Source: Utricularia gibba (Eukaryota; Plantae; Magnoliophyta). From it: a DNA stretch of 64,000 nt. The DNA is taken from NCBI GenBank assembly GCA_002189035.1, contig CM007990.1, forward strand, positions 5,952,001 to 6,016,000. The letters are read 5' to 3'. Positions 24,225-37,170 of this stretch are shown in pieces; positions within the stretch are counted from its first letter, which is position 1; each line of letters begins with the position of its first letter. The notes beneath the pieces were generated by a model. It was not told the DNA's origin. It saw only the letters and a program-made list of their open reading frames with translations, and made no database searches. Both the position numbers and the translations under genes were made by a program.

Positions 24225-25083
24225 GATCAACTCAAACCCCGTGGATCGAAAAGCGGAGCATTGTGAAAATTTCTTGGTTACATGAGATCACTTTCTTGGT
24301 TCCATGATCTTGTCAGCTATTGTGTACATAGCAGCAAACTGCCTGTTCTGGTTCCTGCAACTATAACTGCGTGTTGTAATTGGCATCCTTTTTTGTATTA
24401 TATAATATTGTATTATATTGAGGGGAAAATTTTAAGGGCGGTTTCTGATTGGTCTCCGTGGTGCTGGATGTGGGCTCCACTTCCCGGTCATGTCGCTGGA
24501 AAAAAAGCCTGACCTTTTTATGTGTACGGGAACAAGCATCGGCTTTTCCGGTTGACCGCTCTTCTCATCAACATGGGATGGTGCCACCGGAAGTGATGGC
24601 GGCTGCCGCTGTTCCTCCGCCTCCAGCCGCTCAAGAGAGCTTTTCACCTCAGTTTTGTAATAACAGATAATTCATTCACACCATGTTTTTGTAATATAAT
24701 TTATGTGTTGGAAGTACAACTTCAGACAGAATCTGTGGATTTAAGAATTTGTTTGGTCCGATTCCAGTATCTGGAGACCGGGCTTGGCCAACTCACACCA
24801 AACCTAAACTCCTTCAGACACAAACTGCCATAGAGAATGAAGAGGGAATGGCAAGAGGAGAATACCCCGTTGCTTGGATGCCTTCTACAGTTCGCAACAG
24901 AAGAATGTACAGGGGGTTCATTGTTGGACAGCGTTAATGAACAAGAGTGCAATCTGGGCTGCTTGGAACTGCTTATCGGGATTTGTAAAAGAAAAAAAAA
25001 AAGTAGCAATCTTTTGGCGTTGAAGATTGCATTTTTACAAAGGGGATGGATGATAAGCAATTCCATGCAGGGTGTGTCGAGTG

Positions 25084-26231
25084 TCAACCCATCGGAGCAA
25101 TGGGAATCAATCTCTTGATGAACCTTCCCTTCATTCGCGGCCTCTTTTCTGCGTTCAGTTTCCTCACCTCGTACCGTATTTTCTTCGAGAATAGCCTTCG
25201 CAGCCGCTTCTCCCTATACCTCGACACTCTTGCTTCCCTCCCTCCGTCGTCTCCATTAGCCGTTCCGGTGGTCCCGTAGCCGTGCATCTTCCCACAGCAC
25301 CCCTGAAAATAGAGCAAATCGTTTAGTGGGATTTGGGCTAAGGGTCAGCCAGTTTACTTTATTTCACACCTACCGTGCAGTCGGGCAACCAGCAGTGGGT
25401 TGAATTCGAATCGGGCCTCTCTCCGGTGGTCCATGGCGACCTTGTGGTGCCCCAAGATGATAGCACCCCTTCGTAATTCAGTTCCAGAAAGACTTTATTT
25501 GAATCGTCAGGTTTGCTGGAGTGATCCCTATCACCGGCGTTCGGAGAATCGTATCCGGGATCAGACTCAAAAGGCCGTGGCGGTTGATGATCAGAACAAT
25601 TTCCGGCGATCGCTTCGTTTTCGACTTTGATAACTCGTTCGCGTTCCCAAATGCCTAATTCCGACATCTGAAGCGTCTCGTTTTCGACCCCTTTGCCCAG
25701 TAAGCTCTCTACATCGGCAGCAAATTCATCGAGATCGGTGTCGGAATGAAGAAAATCATTCAGCGCTTGTAAAGAAGAGTAGCCCGTTTTTTCGCCATCA
25801 TCAAAACTGGGAACCTGATAGAACAAATTTGTTGTAGCACGAGTTCGAGGGATGGAATAATGTTAATCCTTTTTCTTCACCTGATAAAGACGGTCTGCCT
25901 CGTTCTTCACCGGTGATTCCTCCCCACCGGAATTCTCAGGTACCGTCGAAGCCTCTTCTGCGGCGATCCTCTTCTGACGTGGAGTCCGAGCTTTCCGGCA
26001 AAAGCCCCGATGCCATATTGGAACACTTACCTCCAAGGAATGTTTAAGCCACTCCTTTTTAAGGCGAACCCGATGATGCCTGCGAGCAACCAGGTTTGCG
26101 GAGTGGACCGACGAATCACAGGACTGGCATAGGAAGGCATCGTCGGCGGCGCAATACCACCGCGCCCGTGTCTTGACGCAGTAATCGCAAGCCCTTGCCG
26201 ACTTGGCTCCGGCTGCTGGAGACGCACCCAT
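25084..26231 (-). CDS. COL16: CONSTANS-like B-box + CCT protein (COL6/7/16 class)
   Basis: Single B-box [24 protein letters not shown] and CCT domain [12 protein letters not shown]...[12 protein letters not shown]; 3 exons here. Confidence 0.93.
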
Positions 26232-26650
26232 GGAGTAGAATGGAGCTCGGAGAAGAAGGCGTGTGTTGCTTAGGATTAGGAGAAGTGAGGGTTGTCAGTG
26301 TCCCACAGAAGCGCACTTTTGCAGTTGTATTTCATGAGTTTTTGCGCTTTTAGCCCATTGTGGGGCCGCCTTATCTCCAACGCCATTGGTCCGAGACGGA
26401 AACACAATCCCCATTCCCGGTTCCTGATTGGCTGAAACCCCTGATCACAGATTTCCTCCACTTGGCCAACACTAATCACCGCCATTTTTTTAATAAAAAA
26501 ACTAATTACCATGATAATACATTATTCTTAATCTCCCTTTTTAAATACACCTCCAACCAAGTGAAATCCGTATCAAAATTTGGACGTGATTGGTTGATGG
26601 GAAAAAGATAAAATGAATTTAATATACATACGTGTAAATTAATTTTTTTG

Positions 26651-26849
26651 GTAGTATTTAGTTATTGAGATTAGAAATGATATTAATTGATTTTAAGTAA
26701 GTCAATAAAGGGAAATAGTTTTAAATGAAACCGTATACATGAGATAAAAAAATTATATAATATAGAATTTATTTAAATCTATCAACTAAATATCTAATAA
26801 TCTATAACTCTATTTTTAAAATTATGTAATCTCATCAACTAAACACTAC
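26651..26849. mobile_element. Possible MITE remnant (about 200 bp, AT-rich, imperfect terminal inverted repeats)
   Basis: gtagtatttagttattgagatta (26651-26673) versus the reverse complement of 26827-26849 (gtagtgtttagttgatgagatta): 20/23 match. No clear TSD. Confidence 0.4.
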
Positions 26850-27407
26850 TTTAGAGTTATAATACTCGGTATTGGGTTTAGTGATTTTTTCATTTTATTA
26901 GTGTGGATTAAGGTTGAGAAAAGCAGTAATATTAAATTGAAATAAGGAAGCATAAATTGAATAAAATCAGACTATTTTGTTTTTTTATATCTAATATGAT
27001 GAATTTCTTTTTTTTTAGGAAATAATATTATGAAATTGAAAATAACACAGAAAAACTGGGTCCATAGTGGAGCATGATGGGCTTGTGATTTTAGCCCATG
27101 GGTGATGGATGAAAAAGGCCCATTAGGAAAGGATTTAGCTCATGTGCAGTTGATTACACGCGCTTGTCGTGGCGCCGAAATCTGACGGCTGGAGATTGAT
27201 GTCGAGGGTCGTGGCGGCCCACGCGCACCGTGGAGAGTGGGCGACGAAAAAGATAAGAAAAGGAGGGAGCATGAATGGTGAAAAAGATGGATAAATCTGA
27301 ATTCCCCATATCTTTTACTTTGCCCTCTTCCCCTCTCGGCAATCCGGAATCGTTAGCTATATTAGTTGCGAAGGAACCCACCTACTCCCCCACGTTTACT
27401 GCAAAGG

Positions 27408-30184
27408 ATGAAGATTTACGTCAAGACTTTGAAAGGCACTCACTTTGAAGTCGACGTCAAACCCGAAGACACAGTTCGTATCCATCTTTTTAATCTTGAT
27501 TTGTGGAATTCGTTTCTGGGGTGTGCGGGTTGCGCTCTTTTTTGGGGGGCTGATTCTATTTTTCTTGGATTTTATTGTGTGGTTGCAGTTTTTGGGTTTA
27601 GGGATTGCGTCATGAAGTGGGTAGTTGTAATTCTGTTTTACATAATGTAACTCCTCCTCGACTTGTAATTTATGAACTCTATTTGAAGTGTTTTGGTTAT
27701 GTACTGTGCCAATTTGCGATGTGATGCAATGAAGAAATCATTTTTTTGCCGTAAATACGGAGCCTGACTTTCGTTGATGGGTGGACTTTTTGACCGTCAT
27801 TTACTTTCTTTCTTATTGTAGCTTTGATGTCCCTGTTGGAGCCATTGTCGAGTTGTTGTATACCTAATTGAGTGACAAAAGGAAATACAAAATTCCTTCG
27901 GTAGAATTAATTGAGTTATTTGAGAAACGGATTAGGCTTCTTGTACTTTTATCATGTCGAGAACCTGTTTAATGATGCTTTTCGTGTAAGAATGAAAAAA
28001 GGGCTTGTATGCTGATGTGTGCCGGATGATGAGCGATGCCCACTTGCAATTGCTTTGTTGTATGCAGCATTCCGTAAAGGGATGTTTCAACAATTTTCTA
28101 TGACTTTTTTTTTCTTTCAGATTGCTGATGTGAAGAAGATCATAGAAGCTTCCCAGGGGGAGTATCCCGCAGCACTGCAGATGCTCATTCACCAGGGGAA
28201 GGTTCTTAAAGACCCTACAACCCTAGAAGAGAACAAAGTTGCTGAAAATAGTTTTATAGTAGTGATGCTTTCGAAGGTGCTTTTTAATGCTTTTCCTTGA
28301 ATGTTTTTTTCTTCCCTGTAGTATAACAATCCCTGTTCGTTCTGTTTTCGGTTTTGCTAATATTTCACCATGCATCTAGTTTCTACAGAGGCTCTTTGAC
28401 TTGCCACAATCTTCTGGTTGCTTATTCGATAATCAAATCCTTATTCTTTGATATGTTACAGAACAAAGCCCCATCCGGAGAAGGCTCATCAGCACGTAGT
28501 ACTACTAACATTGCAAAGGTAAACTACTATACTTCTTTTACCTGTCACTTATATGGAAATTGTTGACCGCTATACTGTTCTTGGGTCATTTTTGGTGTGG
28601 GAATTTTGGATATCACCGTTTCTTTTATTTACATCTTGGAAGACAATTCGAAGCTCTTGTGCAAGTTTATTCAGATGCATTTTTTGGCATATAGCCGCCC
28701 GAGACAAGTTCAGTAGCCCCTGCCGCTCCAGCTTCCCAGCCTCCTGCACCAGCGTGAGTTTTTTTTCTCTTCTCTCTCGTGATATATGTTTTTGTAGTTT
28801 TCTAGTCCACACTAGTGTTAGTTTTTCCATGCGCATATGCTTGCTTATCCGACAAGTTGGTTGTCTGTGATTTTTTTTATATCTTTAAGTTCTTTTCTTG
28901 ATAGGTCTACACCTGCTCCTGCTCCTCCTCCCGTCCCATCATTGGATGTCTATGGTCAAGCTGCGTCCAATCTTGTCGCTGGAAACAACCTTGAAGGGGC
29001 AATTCAACAGATTCTTGATATGGGTGGCGGAACATGGGACAGGGATGCAGTTGTCCGTGCTCTTCGTGCTGCTTTCAACAATCCCGAAAGGGCAGTTGAA
29101 TATTTATACTCCGTAAGTATACCCTGACGCGACACTTGGTATGAGATTTTTTGGAGGCTCCACCTTTGATATAATATTCTCGTTCATGTTACACTCCAGG
29201 GTATCCCAGAGACCGCAGAAGCTGTTCCTGCACCTGGGAATGTATCTGGTGGTCAGGCTGAGCCCGCTCAGCAACAAGATCAACCATCACCTGGCTTATC
29301 AGCTGGGCCAAATGCCGATCCACTGAATCTATTCCCTCAGGTTCCTCTGTGGTTTCTCTGTATTCTTTCTGGTTTTATAAGGTCTTACTGTTAATTGTCA
29401 TGCTTCTGCTTCTACAGGGCGTTCCAAATCTGGGAGCAAATGTTGGCGGCACCAACTCACTGGATTTCCTTCGAAATAGTCCGCAGGTACAAGGAAATGT
29501 TTAATATGGGCAAATCCACACTTGGATTACATTTGGCTCTTTAAACTTATCCTTCTTGTTGCTTTTTAATGAAATCTGCTGCAGTTCCAAGCCTTGAGGG
29601 CAATGGTGCAGGCCAACCCACAGATTCTGCAGGTTTTTTTTTAATGTTTTGTTGTAACCACCCCTTTGTTGAGGGAACTCACTTGTTTATTCCTGTTGGC
29701 AGCCTATGCTTCAGGAGTTGGGAAAACAAAATCCCCAACTAGTAAGACTGATTCAAGAGCATCAGGCTGATTTCCTTCGCCTGATCAATGAGCCTGTAGA
29801 GGGTGGAGAAGGGTACGTACACCTGGGATGTTTGGTTGGTGCCAAGGTGGGATTTGAACGCACAGATTTTTGTTTGATGCAGGGACTTCCTTAACCAGAT
29901 CGCAGGAGCAATCCCACAGACAGTAGCGGTTACCCCAGAAGAGCGTGACGCAATACAAAGGGTAGGGTGAACTGGACGGTCTCTTAATACATACTCCCCC
30001 CTTCCCTGCTGTTCATTAAAGAAGAAAAGATGAATCCTTTTCTCTCCCATTTGTGCAGCTGGAGGCCATGGGTTTCGACAGGGCGCTAGTGCTGGAGGTG
30101 TACTTCGCGTGCAACAAGAACGAGGAGCTGGCTGCCAACTACCTTCTGGATCACGGCCACGAGTTCGAAGACGACAGAGCTTGA
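27408..30184 (+). CDS. RAD23: Ubiquitin receptor RAD23 (UBL-UBA-STI1-UBA)
   Basis: [13 protein letters not shown] start, [32 protein letters not shown] and [16 protein letters not shown]; many short exons. Confidence 0.96.
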
Positions 30185-31214
30185 TTCAAACACCGAGGTT
30201 TCTGCACATGTTTTTTTTTACACTTGAGTTGGTTGGATATATAAATATATACACATACCTCCTGGTGCACTCTCCTCCTCTCCGCTCTTTACATCCAATT
30301 CTTTGCTTTCAAAAAGCACTGGTTTAACCTCAATGGGGCCTCTTCTTCCAAACTCTCAGAAGAGTTGGTGTTGATATGTGTAAAATGAAGTAAAAACGAT
30401 CACCATAATATGATCGTGTCCCTCCCATTCCTTGCCACTGCAGCAGGTGTAGTTGGATTGGGTCTTTTCCTTTTTTATGTATTTTTGAGTAGGCTGCTTA
30501 GCTTAGTGTGCATAATAGTACAGAAATGATTGAATTGAATAATGTGAAGATCGAATGCCACGTGAATGGTGCGACGCAGCCCACGTGAGGCTGTCGGTTT
30601 ATCTATGGCGGCGGAGAGGAGGGGACGGCTGAGTTGTGGGCCCTCACACGAATTCGAATTTTGAAATTTATATTTCTGGTGGGCCCACATTTAGCTGTCC
30701 AAGAGCACCAAGTTGTCCATTTAAAAAATTACCAGAATCCAGCTGTCGCCACGCGGAACTTTCCACCCTTGCTTTTGACGCCCTTTTATTTTACCCAATT
30801 TACACAATGATCCCAATCAAACAGTTAATTCCGAATGACTCCTCCAACAATTGCAAAAACTTATTGGTTTGTTTTATTTATTTACATATTTTACCCTATA
30901 AATTGATGAATTTTCTAAATGTTGACTAATGGTTTGATTTTGAGAGTGTAAACGACGGGACAGGATGTTTTAATATGGGGTCGGTATTACGAATAACACA
31001 AAGTATAGTGGCGTTTGTGCAAATGAAGAAAGTTACAGCGTTCTTCCATCCCCATGGAAATTTCTCCGTGTATTCGTATGCTCAAAAGCTATTGACTACC
31101 GGAATGATGGGGGAACCGGGAGAGCGATACAGTATATAATGCTCTAGTGTACTGGAATTGAGAACTATTTTTCCTCTTGAGGTTTTTCCCCATTTCCTCT
31201 TCATTGTGTGGCAG

Positions 31215-33949
31215 TTGTCTCTGTGATGGGGCGATATCGAATTGCGTGGAGGCGATATATGTTGGCTGGGAGGAACGGGTAGTGTCCAGCGAAAAGGGGC
31301 GAAGGGAGATTCATTATTTCCTCAAGCGGAAAGGGGGTGGTCGAGATCTGGTCGTTGTGGGTAAGGAGAAGAGCGTTAGGAATACGATGTGCTATGCTAT
31401 TCAAGAAAGCCAGTTTTTGCTGCCTGTCTTGAATCGTGCTTCTGGATTGAAGATAAGGGCCAGAAGGGAAGTAATTGATTGGCTCAATTCCATCGTTTCC
31501 GGTGAGTAAAATTTCTTTTTTCTTATTTCTCGTTAAATTCTGTAGCTTTTCTTTGACTCGGAAAATTCTTGTGGATTAGCTTGGATTACCTATATGTTTC
31601 TGCGCCGGATCTAGGCCTCCGCAGTTTTCTTTATCTTTGCCTCCTCTATTTCTTTGTTAAAAATCTCTGCTTTTGGGTGATTAGTCCTCTGGGAAGCTGA
31701 AAGTCATGTTTTTTTTTTTCTTCTCGGGATCCAGTTATAGGTGAGGTTTTTCTGCGTTGCCCAGATGGTTTTCTTGTCATTCTGAATAATTTCTGTGAGA
31801 TCGGCGCAAATCCGAGTATGGGTTTCCTGAATTTCTTTAGAAGCATGAAGATCTTGACTTGGATTTTAGCTAAACGTGTTGGCTTCTCTCGTGGTTCATT
31901 TTTTCCCGATATCTTGGTTGTATCTTCATTTTTTTAATTTTTAATTTTTTTTTCAGACGGACAGCATGCTGCTTCTTCCAGGTTGGCTTGTGTTGGAAGG
32001 GTGAGCAAGGTGAAAGCCAGGACAATAAAGGTTGGTTATGCAATTTCTACTCATTCCTTGATCGACGTATTCGTAAAAATATAGTTTTAACCTGCTTTAT
32101 AATTTGAACGAATCTTTTGTTTAGGACACTCGGATATCGTTTTTGAATCATCATATCCCTGGATTTGCTTGGTTAGGTTCGTCACGGGCATGCCAGAAAA
32201 GGAGGCATTACGAGTCATTTTGCCGTAATGGTGCCGTAATAACTGTATGTTTTCTTTCTGCAGTCCTATCAAGTGGTTCTACAAAATTTCTTATCAAAAA
32301 ATCCTTATTAATCTTCTGGTATTCTCCTTTGCTTGTCACAGATCCAGGACTTCGTGTATGTGTTGTCTGAAGAAAATAAGCGTTTAGTGGCTTACTTAGA
32401 AGACATGTATGAAGATTTTCAGGGCAACAAGCTGGTTTTGGTACGATGGTTTCACAAAATTGATGAAGTTGGTTTTGATTTGCCCGTCAATTATAATGAC
32501 AAAGAGATTTTCTCTACTCTTTGTCTTCAAGAAATCAGCGTTGAATGCATAGATGGACTAGCCACTATCCTCAGTCCGGAGCACTATGAGAAATTGGGGA
32601 AGGAAGCAAGAGCCATGGGGATTACCCCGTTTGTGTGCTCTGGGCAGTTTGATAATGATGCTGTGAAGCCATTTGATGTAACAAGTGTTAGTGGGTATTG
32701 GAAACAAGAATTATTGAAAAAGAAGGGATCTCTGGTTGATGCTGTTGGATCCCGACCCATCAAAAGAAATCGGCATTCTAATGATGAGTGTATGTGCTGG
32801 ATGTTTCTGCAAAAGAAACATAGTGATTCCAGTTTCATGGCTTCTGAGGGCATTGCCCTTGGTCTTAAAGCAGGCATGTTAAATTGCACAAAATTTGGTG
32901 ATGTGCGCCCATCATTGCCTGATGAAGACAACATCACAATGCAGAATTTTCCGCAGTCTCTAACTATAGGGTCATGTATTGAGGTGCTTTCTCAAGATAG
33001 TGGTATCAGGGGCTGCTGGTTTAGGGGTTCCATCGTCAAGAAACATAAAGACAGATTTAAAATAAAATACCATGATGTCAAAGATGCAGCTGATGATTTG
33101 AAGAATCTGGAGGTAGTTTGTTTTACTTCCTTTTTTGAAGCGTTGAAAACCTTTTTTTTTTTTTTGACTTTTCAAACTTTCAGGAGTGGATTGCTCCATC
33201 CCGGATAGCTGCTGAGGATGCATCGGGCATTCGACTATATGGGAGGCTCAGCAGCAGGCCAGCGCAGTTGGATGGTGGAACTGTTTGCCATTCACTTAAC
33301 ATTGGCAGCGTTGTTGATGCCTGGTGGCATGATGGATGGTGGGAAGGAATCGTGGTGAAGAGAGAATCCCAAGACAAGGTTAATGTTTATTTCCCAGGTA
33401 TGCTGTACCTTCTGGTCTATGATCGGATGCATACATTTCTTGTTTTGACTGTCAGTCCTTTCCGTGATGCCGAATTCGTTTCTAATGGTCCTTGCTCACG
33501 GTTATGCAGGAGAGAACCGAGAGGCTGTATTCGCTCTCAAGGACTTGAGGCACTCAAAGGAGTGGTTCCAGAATTCCTGGCACGATATGGTTGATCGACC
33601 TGAAATTGCATCATTATATTGTAATGAAGGTAGTCTCGGTGACATGCACATGAAGTCTGACGCTAAGGATGGCGATCTGCCAAAGCGTGGAGCTTCCGTG
33701 GATCTCCTACGGAATAGTTCCCTTTGGCCGTTGCGGTGGGTCACCTCGGGGAAGAAAAGGATCAAGCGGGGTAGCCATTTTGTCAAGAAGCATTCTTGTT
33801 CATCTACCATGAATGGTGATGAAAGATCCTGGAGTTTTCATGAGTTAATCAGCAATCCATCCTTAAACTTCGATTCAGAAAACTGCAAACTCGCTAACTT
33901 TAGTTCCGAGCTCGTTTCTCCTCTGTCTAATGCATTGATGTCTAGGTGA
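31215..33949 (+). CDS. BAH + Agenet/Tudor domain chromatin protein (At1g68580-like); start not located
   Basis: YVGWEERVVSSEKGRREIHYFLK, VAYLEDMYED...VRWFHKIDEV (BAH), IEVLSQDSGIRGCWF and VDAWWHDGWWEG (Agenet). Confidence 0.88.
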
Positions 33950-34258
33950 TGGAGGTGGCTTAGAGTCAATCCTCTCCTGTTAGTAATTTTCCGAGGTGTC
34001 TGTAGGCCGTTTAGTGGGTTGTGAATATTAGGTTGTTTCTTGTTCAAGCTTCCGTCTTGAATTTCGAGGTTTTTCTGGCGTATGTAATAAACTCTGCAAC
34101 GACAGACACGGATGAAATAATGATAAAAGGAAGAACCTTTAACAGCTTACCAGTGAACCCAGTGACGCCACGCGGTTAGCTTTTGTTGGCGGATTCCAGA
34201 GATCGTCTCGTCGTCGGCTGCGCCTGTGAAAATCTCACCGGCGAGCCTGGCTTACAGT

Positions 34259-35573
34259 ATGGCGACGGGAACTGTGATGCTACAAGTATGTGGAAATATA
34301 ACGCCTCCGCGGCCGAGTTTCGTTGACCTCAAGCTCAATTCATCGCGTGGCAGAGTTTTGTTGAAGCGTGAACGCGGATCAAAATCTGTCAATGTTGATG
34401 AATACGGGAAACGAATGCCATCTCACCGGAGGCTCGATTCTGTGATAACGGCTGTGTCGAGTGGCGATGGTGACTCCGTATCGGAACTGGGTGGTGCTGT
34501 GAAAAAAGTGACGCAGGCTTCACTATGGATTGCGGAGGGCGTTTACATTGTTTGGCTTTTTTTGCTACCCTATGCTCCTGTAAGTATAGTTCATCCATTG
34601 AAACTGCAGCAAGTTTATCCTATTTGAACTTGGGCATTCCTTCAATCTTTCCCAGGGAGACCCTGTCTGGGCCATTAGCAAAGAAACGATCGATTCTCTG
34701 ATTGGGCTGTCTCTCAATTTCCTTTTCATATTGCCCTTATCCAACACAGGTAATACATGTACATTGTGTTGTTTATGGCTTTATCTAAATGTAATCTGAT
34801 CAGAACTGCAATCGACATTTGGGCAGAGTAGTCGGCTTTCGTCTAATCGAGGCACCTGTTCTTCATCCGGTACTGCTTGCTGGTTTACATTGTTATTCTG
34901 GCTTTTTTTCCTTAGTTGATCCTTGTTTGTGGTCAGGTTTCTGAAGGCTTATTCAACTTTGTTATTGCGTGGACACTGATGTTTGCTCCTTTGCTATATT
35001 CTGACAAAAGGAGAGACAGATACAAGGGATCAATTGATGTTCTCTGGGGGTTTCAGATGTTCCTCACAAACAGTACGATTTTACACTGGAAACAATGGCT
35101 TGCTCTTTAACCGTTCCCTATATGTCTACTTCCTAACATGTTTCTTTTATCTAGCATTCCTAATCCCTTATATGGCTATTCGAATGAATGATGAAAAAGA
35201 GGTGTCCACTCCAAGACAGAAGTCCAAGCTTGGTTCACTTATGACCAAGGGAGCAGCGGTTGTTGGCCTTGTTGGTGGCTCTGCTTGCTTACTATCAATA
35301 TTTTGGGCGCTCTATGGCCGAGGAGATGGTAATTTTGGTGATTTAGTTGAAAGGAAGCAGTTTCTGCTGAGTTATCTTGGGTCTGAAAGACTTGCTTATG
35401 CCTTCATTTGGGACATTCTTCTTTACACACTGTTTCAACCATGGCTGATAGGAGAAAACCTTGCCAACATTCAGAAAGGTAAAGTTGGCATAGTAAATGT
35501 TCTCAGGTTTTTCCCAGTTGTTGGCCTCATTGCCTACTGTCTGTTCTTGGATGCTGAAGATTACGAAATTTAG
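34259..35573 (+). CDS. Uncharacterised multi-pass membrane protein, probably plastid-targeted (At2g04360-like)
   Basis: Transit-peptide-like N-terminus; WLFLLPYAPGDPVWAI, GLFNFVIAWTLMFAPLL, FQMFLTN and FLIPYMAIR blocks. Confidence 0.8.
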
Positions 35574-35698
35574 CCCAGCAGGCTGCTTTGATCCTCTCTG
35601 TTTGATACATTACTACTGTATTCCCTTTTCGTTCGGAATGAATGAATACAGAATGATTGCAACAGAACGAGCAGTGAATGTGTTCCTGGTTTTTACTC

Positions 35699-36339
35699 TT
35701 ACGACGCATTGGCACCACTCTGTTGCCAGAGATTGATGATATCAGTGGCCTGGTTAAGAAGTATGATCATCTTCTTCTGTGATATCCAGGGCTTGCTCTC
35801 CAGTACAGCCTTGAGCTCTTCCCATGCGTCTTTTCTGGGCCAGAAGAAGTAAGGACTCAATGGCACGCTCCCATGGCGCGGCTGCAGCTGATCCAGCCCA
35901 AGACCAATGTTCTTATCCATCCAAATGAACTTGAGCACCAGCCGCGGCTTCACGATGGATCGCCCATCTTTTCCGGCCACCTGTACCACCGCACTGATCA
36001 CTGATTACGATACGTCTAATGCAATTACTCCAATCACCAGCCACTGACTGGTCTTCAAAAGTTGCAGACAAATGTTAACAAGGAGGTGGGAGTTCGAACC
36101 TGGGGCGGCTCCGGTTCTTGAAGAAATACTTGTCCCGATGCAAACCCAGAAATCTCTTCAGTCGCCGCCGCTGATTCCGCATCTGAAGCAATCACTGCAG
36201 CGGGTCGCAAGGCGTGCGTCTTCGCAACTCTAATTCTCCGTAGCGATGAAACCTTGTACGCAGCCTTCGCCGGCGGAAAGTAGTGCTTCTGAGAAACAAC
36301 GGAAGCAGGGAGAATCGGATGAACAGAAACAGACGCCAT
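35699..36339 (-). CDS. PSRP3: Plastid-specific 30S ribosomal protein 3 (PSRP3/Ycf65)
   Basis: [16 protein letters not shown]...[17 protein letters not shown]...[14 protein letters not shown]; transit-peptide exon 36339-~36088. Confidence 0.93.
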
Positions 36340-36452
36340 CCGTCTTCGGGAAAGAAGACACCGTTACTCGTCACTCCTGAAAGCAGCAATTCATGGCCGC
36401 TGATGACCCGCCATGGATAAGGTACTGGAAACGGGAAGGGAATCTGATAGCA

Positions 36453-36503
36453 GGCCCATCATATGGGTCATATGTTTAGCTCAGGCCCATTCATAATGGC
36501 CCA
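36453..36503. promoter_or_regulatory. Site II (GGCCCA) cluster upstream of PSRP3
   Basis: Three GGCCCA copies at 36453, 36484 and 36498. Site II/TCP elements are typical of ribosomal-protein promoters. Confidence 0.55.
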
Positions 36504-37170
36504 ATTCGTATATAACAACAAAGGGATTTATTAAATAAAATATATTTAAAAATTAAAAGTGGCCCCCACCTATAAATACAGAAAGGAAATTTAATCTAAT
36601 GATTAACACGTTAAGCGCACGCTTTAATTGTTGTCTACCTTCAAATAGTCTGTACGCATTAGTTAATAAATTATTATTATATTAATTAGGTTTTATTAAA
36701 TAAATTCCACGGCGGCAAGCTTCAGGAATCCGGCCAGCCTGTATTGAGTCCGTATTATTCCGGGTCGGGGGCCGCCTTGTCCCCATCCCGTAGCTTGTCC
36801 ACCCCTACCTAGGTTAGACTTTTTTGTTTCCCAAGAATACCCCTATTGCAAGCTGTCCACAGCAGTGGATTAGTTAGTCATTATGCGCCCAATGATTGTG
36901 TATTTATTGCCATGTGACTTAATGATGAAATTGGTTTTCTTTTATTAAGCCAATCAGCATAATTTTCCATGCTTAGGGGGGCTAATGATGGGTGATTAGG
37001 GGTGGTAAGTGTATTTTTGAAAATGATATTTCGGGGAGGGTAGGGGTATGGATGTCATTCCAAGTCAGTTGAGTGCCCGGCCACGCCCACATCTACTCTC
37101 CCACCTCATTCATGTGCCCTGTCAGCCACATGAGAGAATCCTGAATCCTCCCACCGACACCGACACCACC

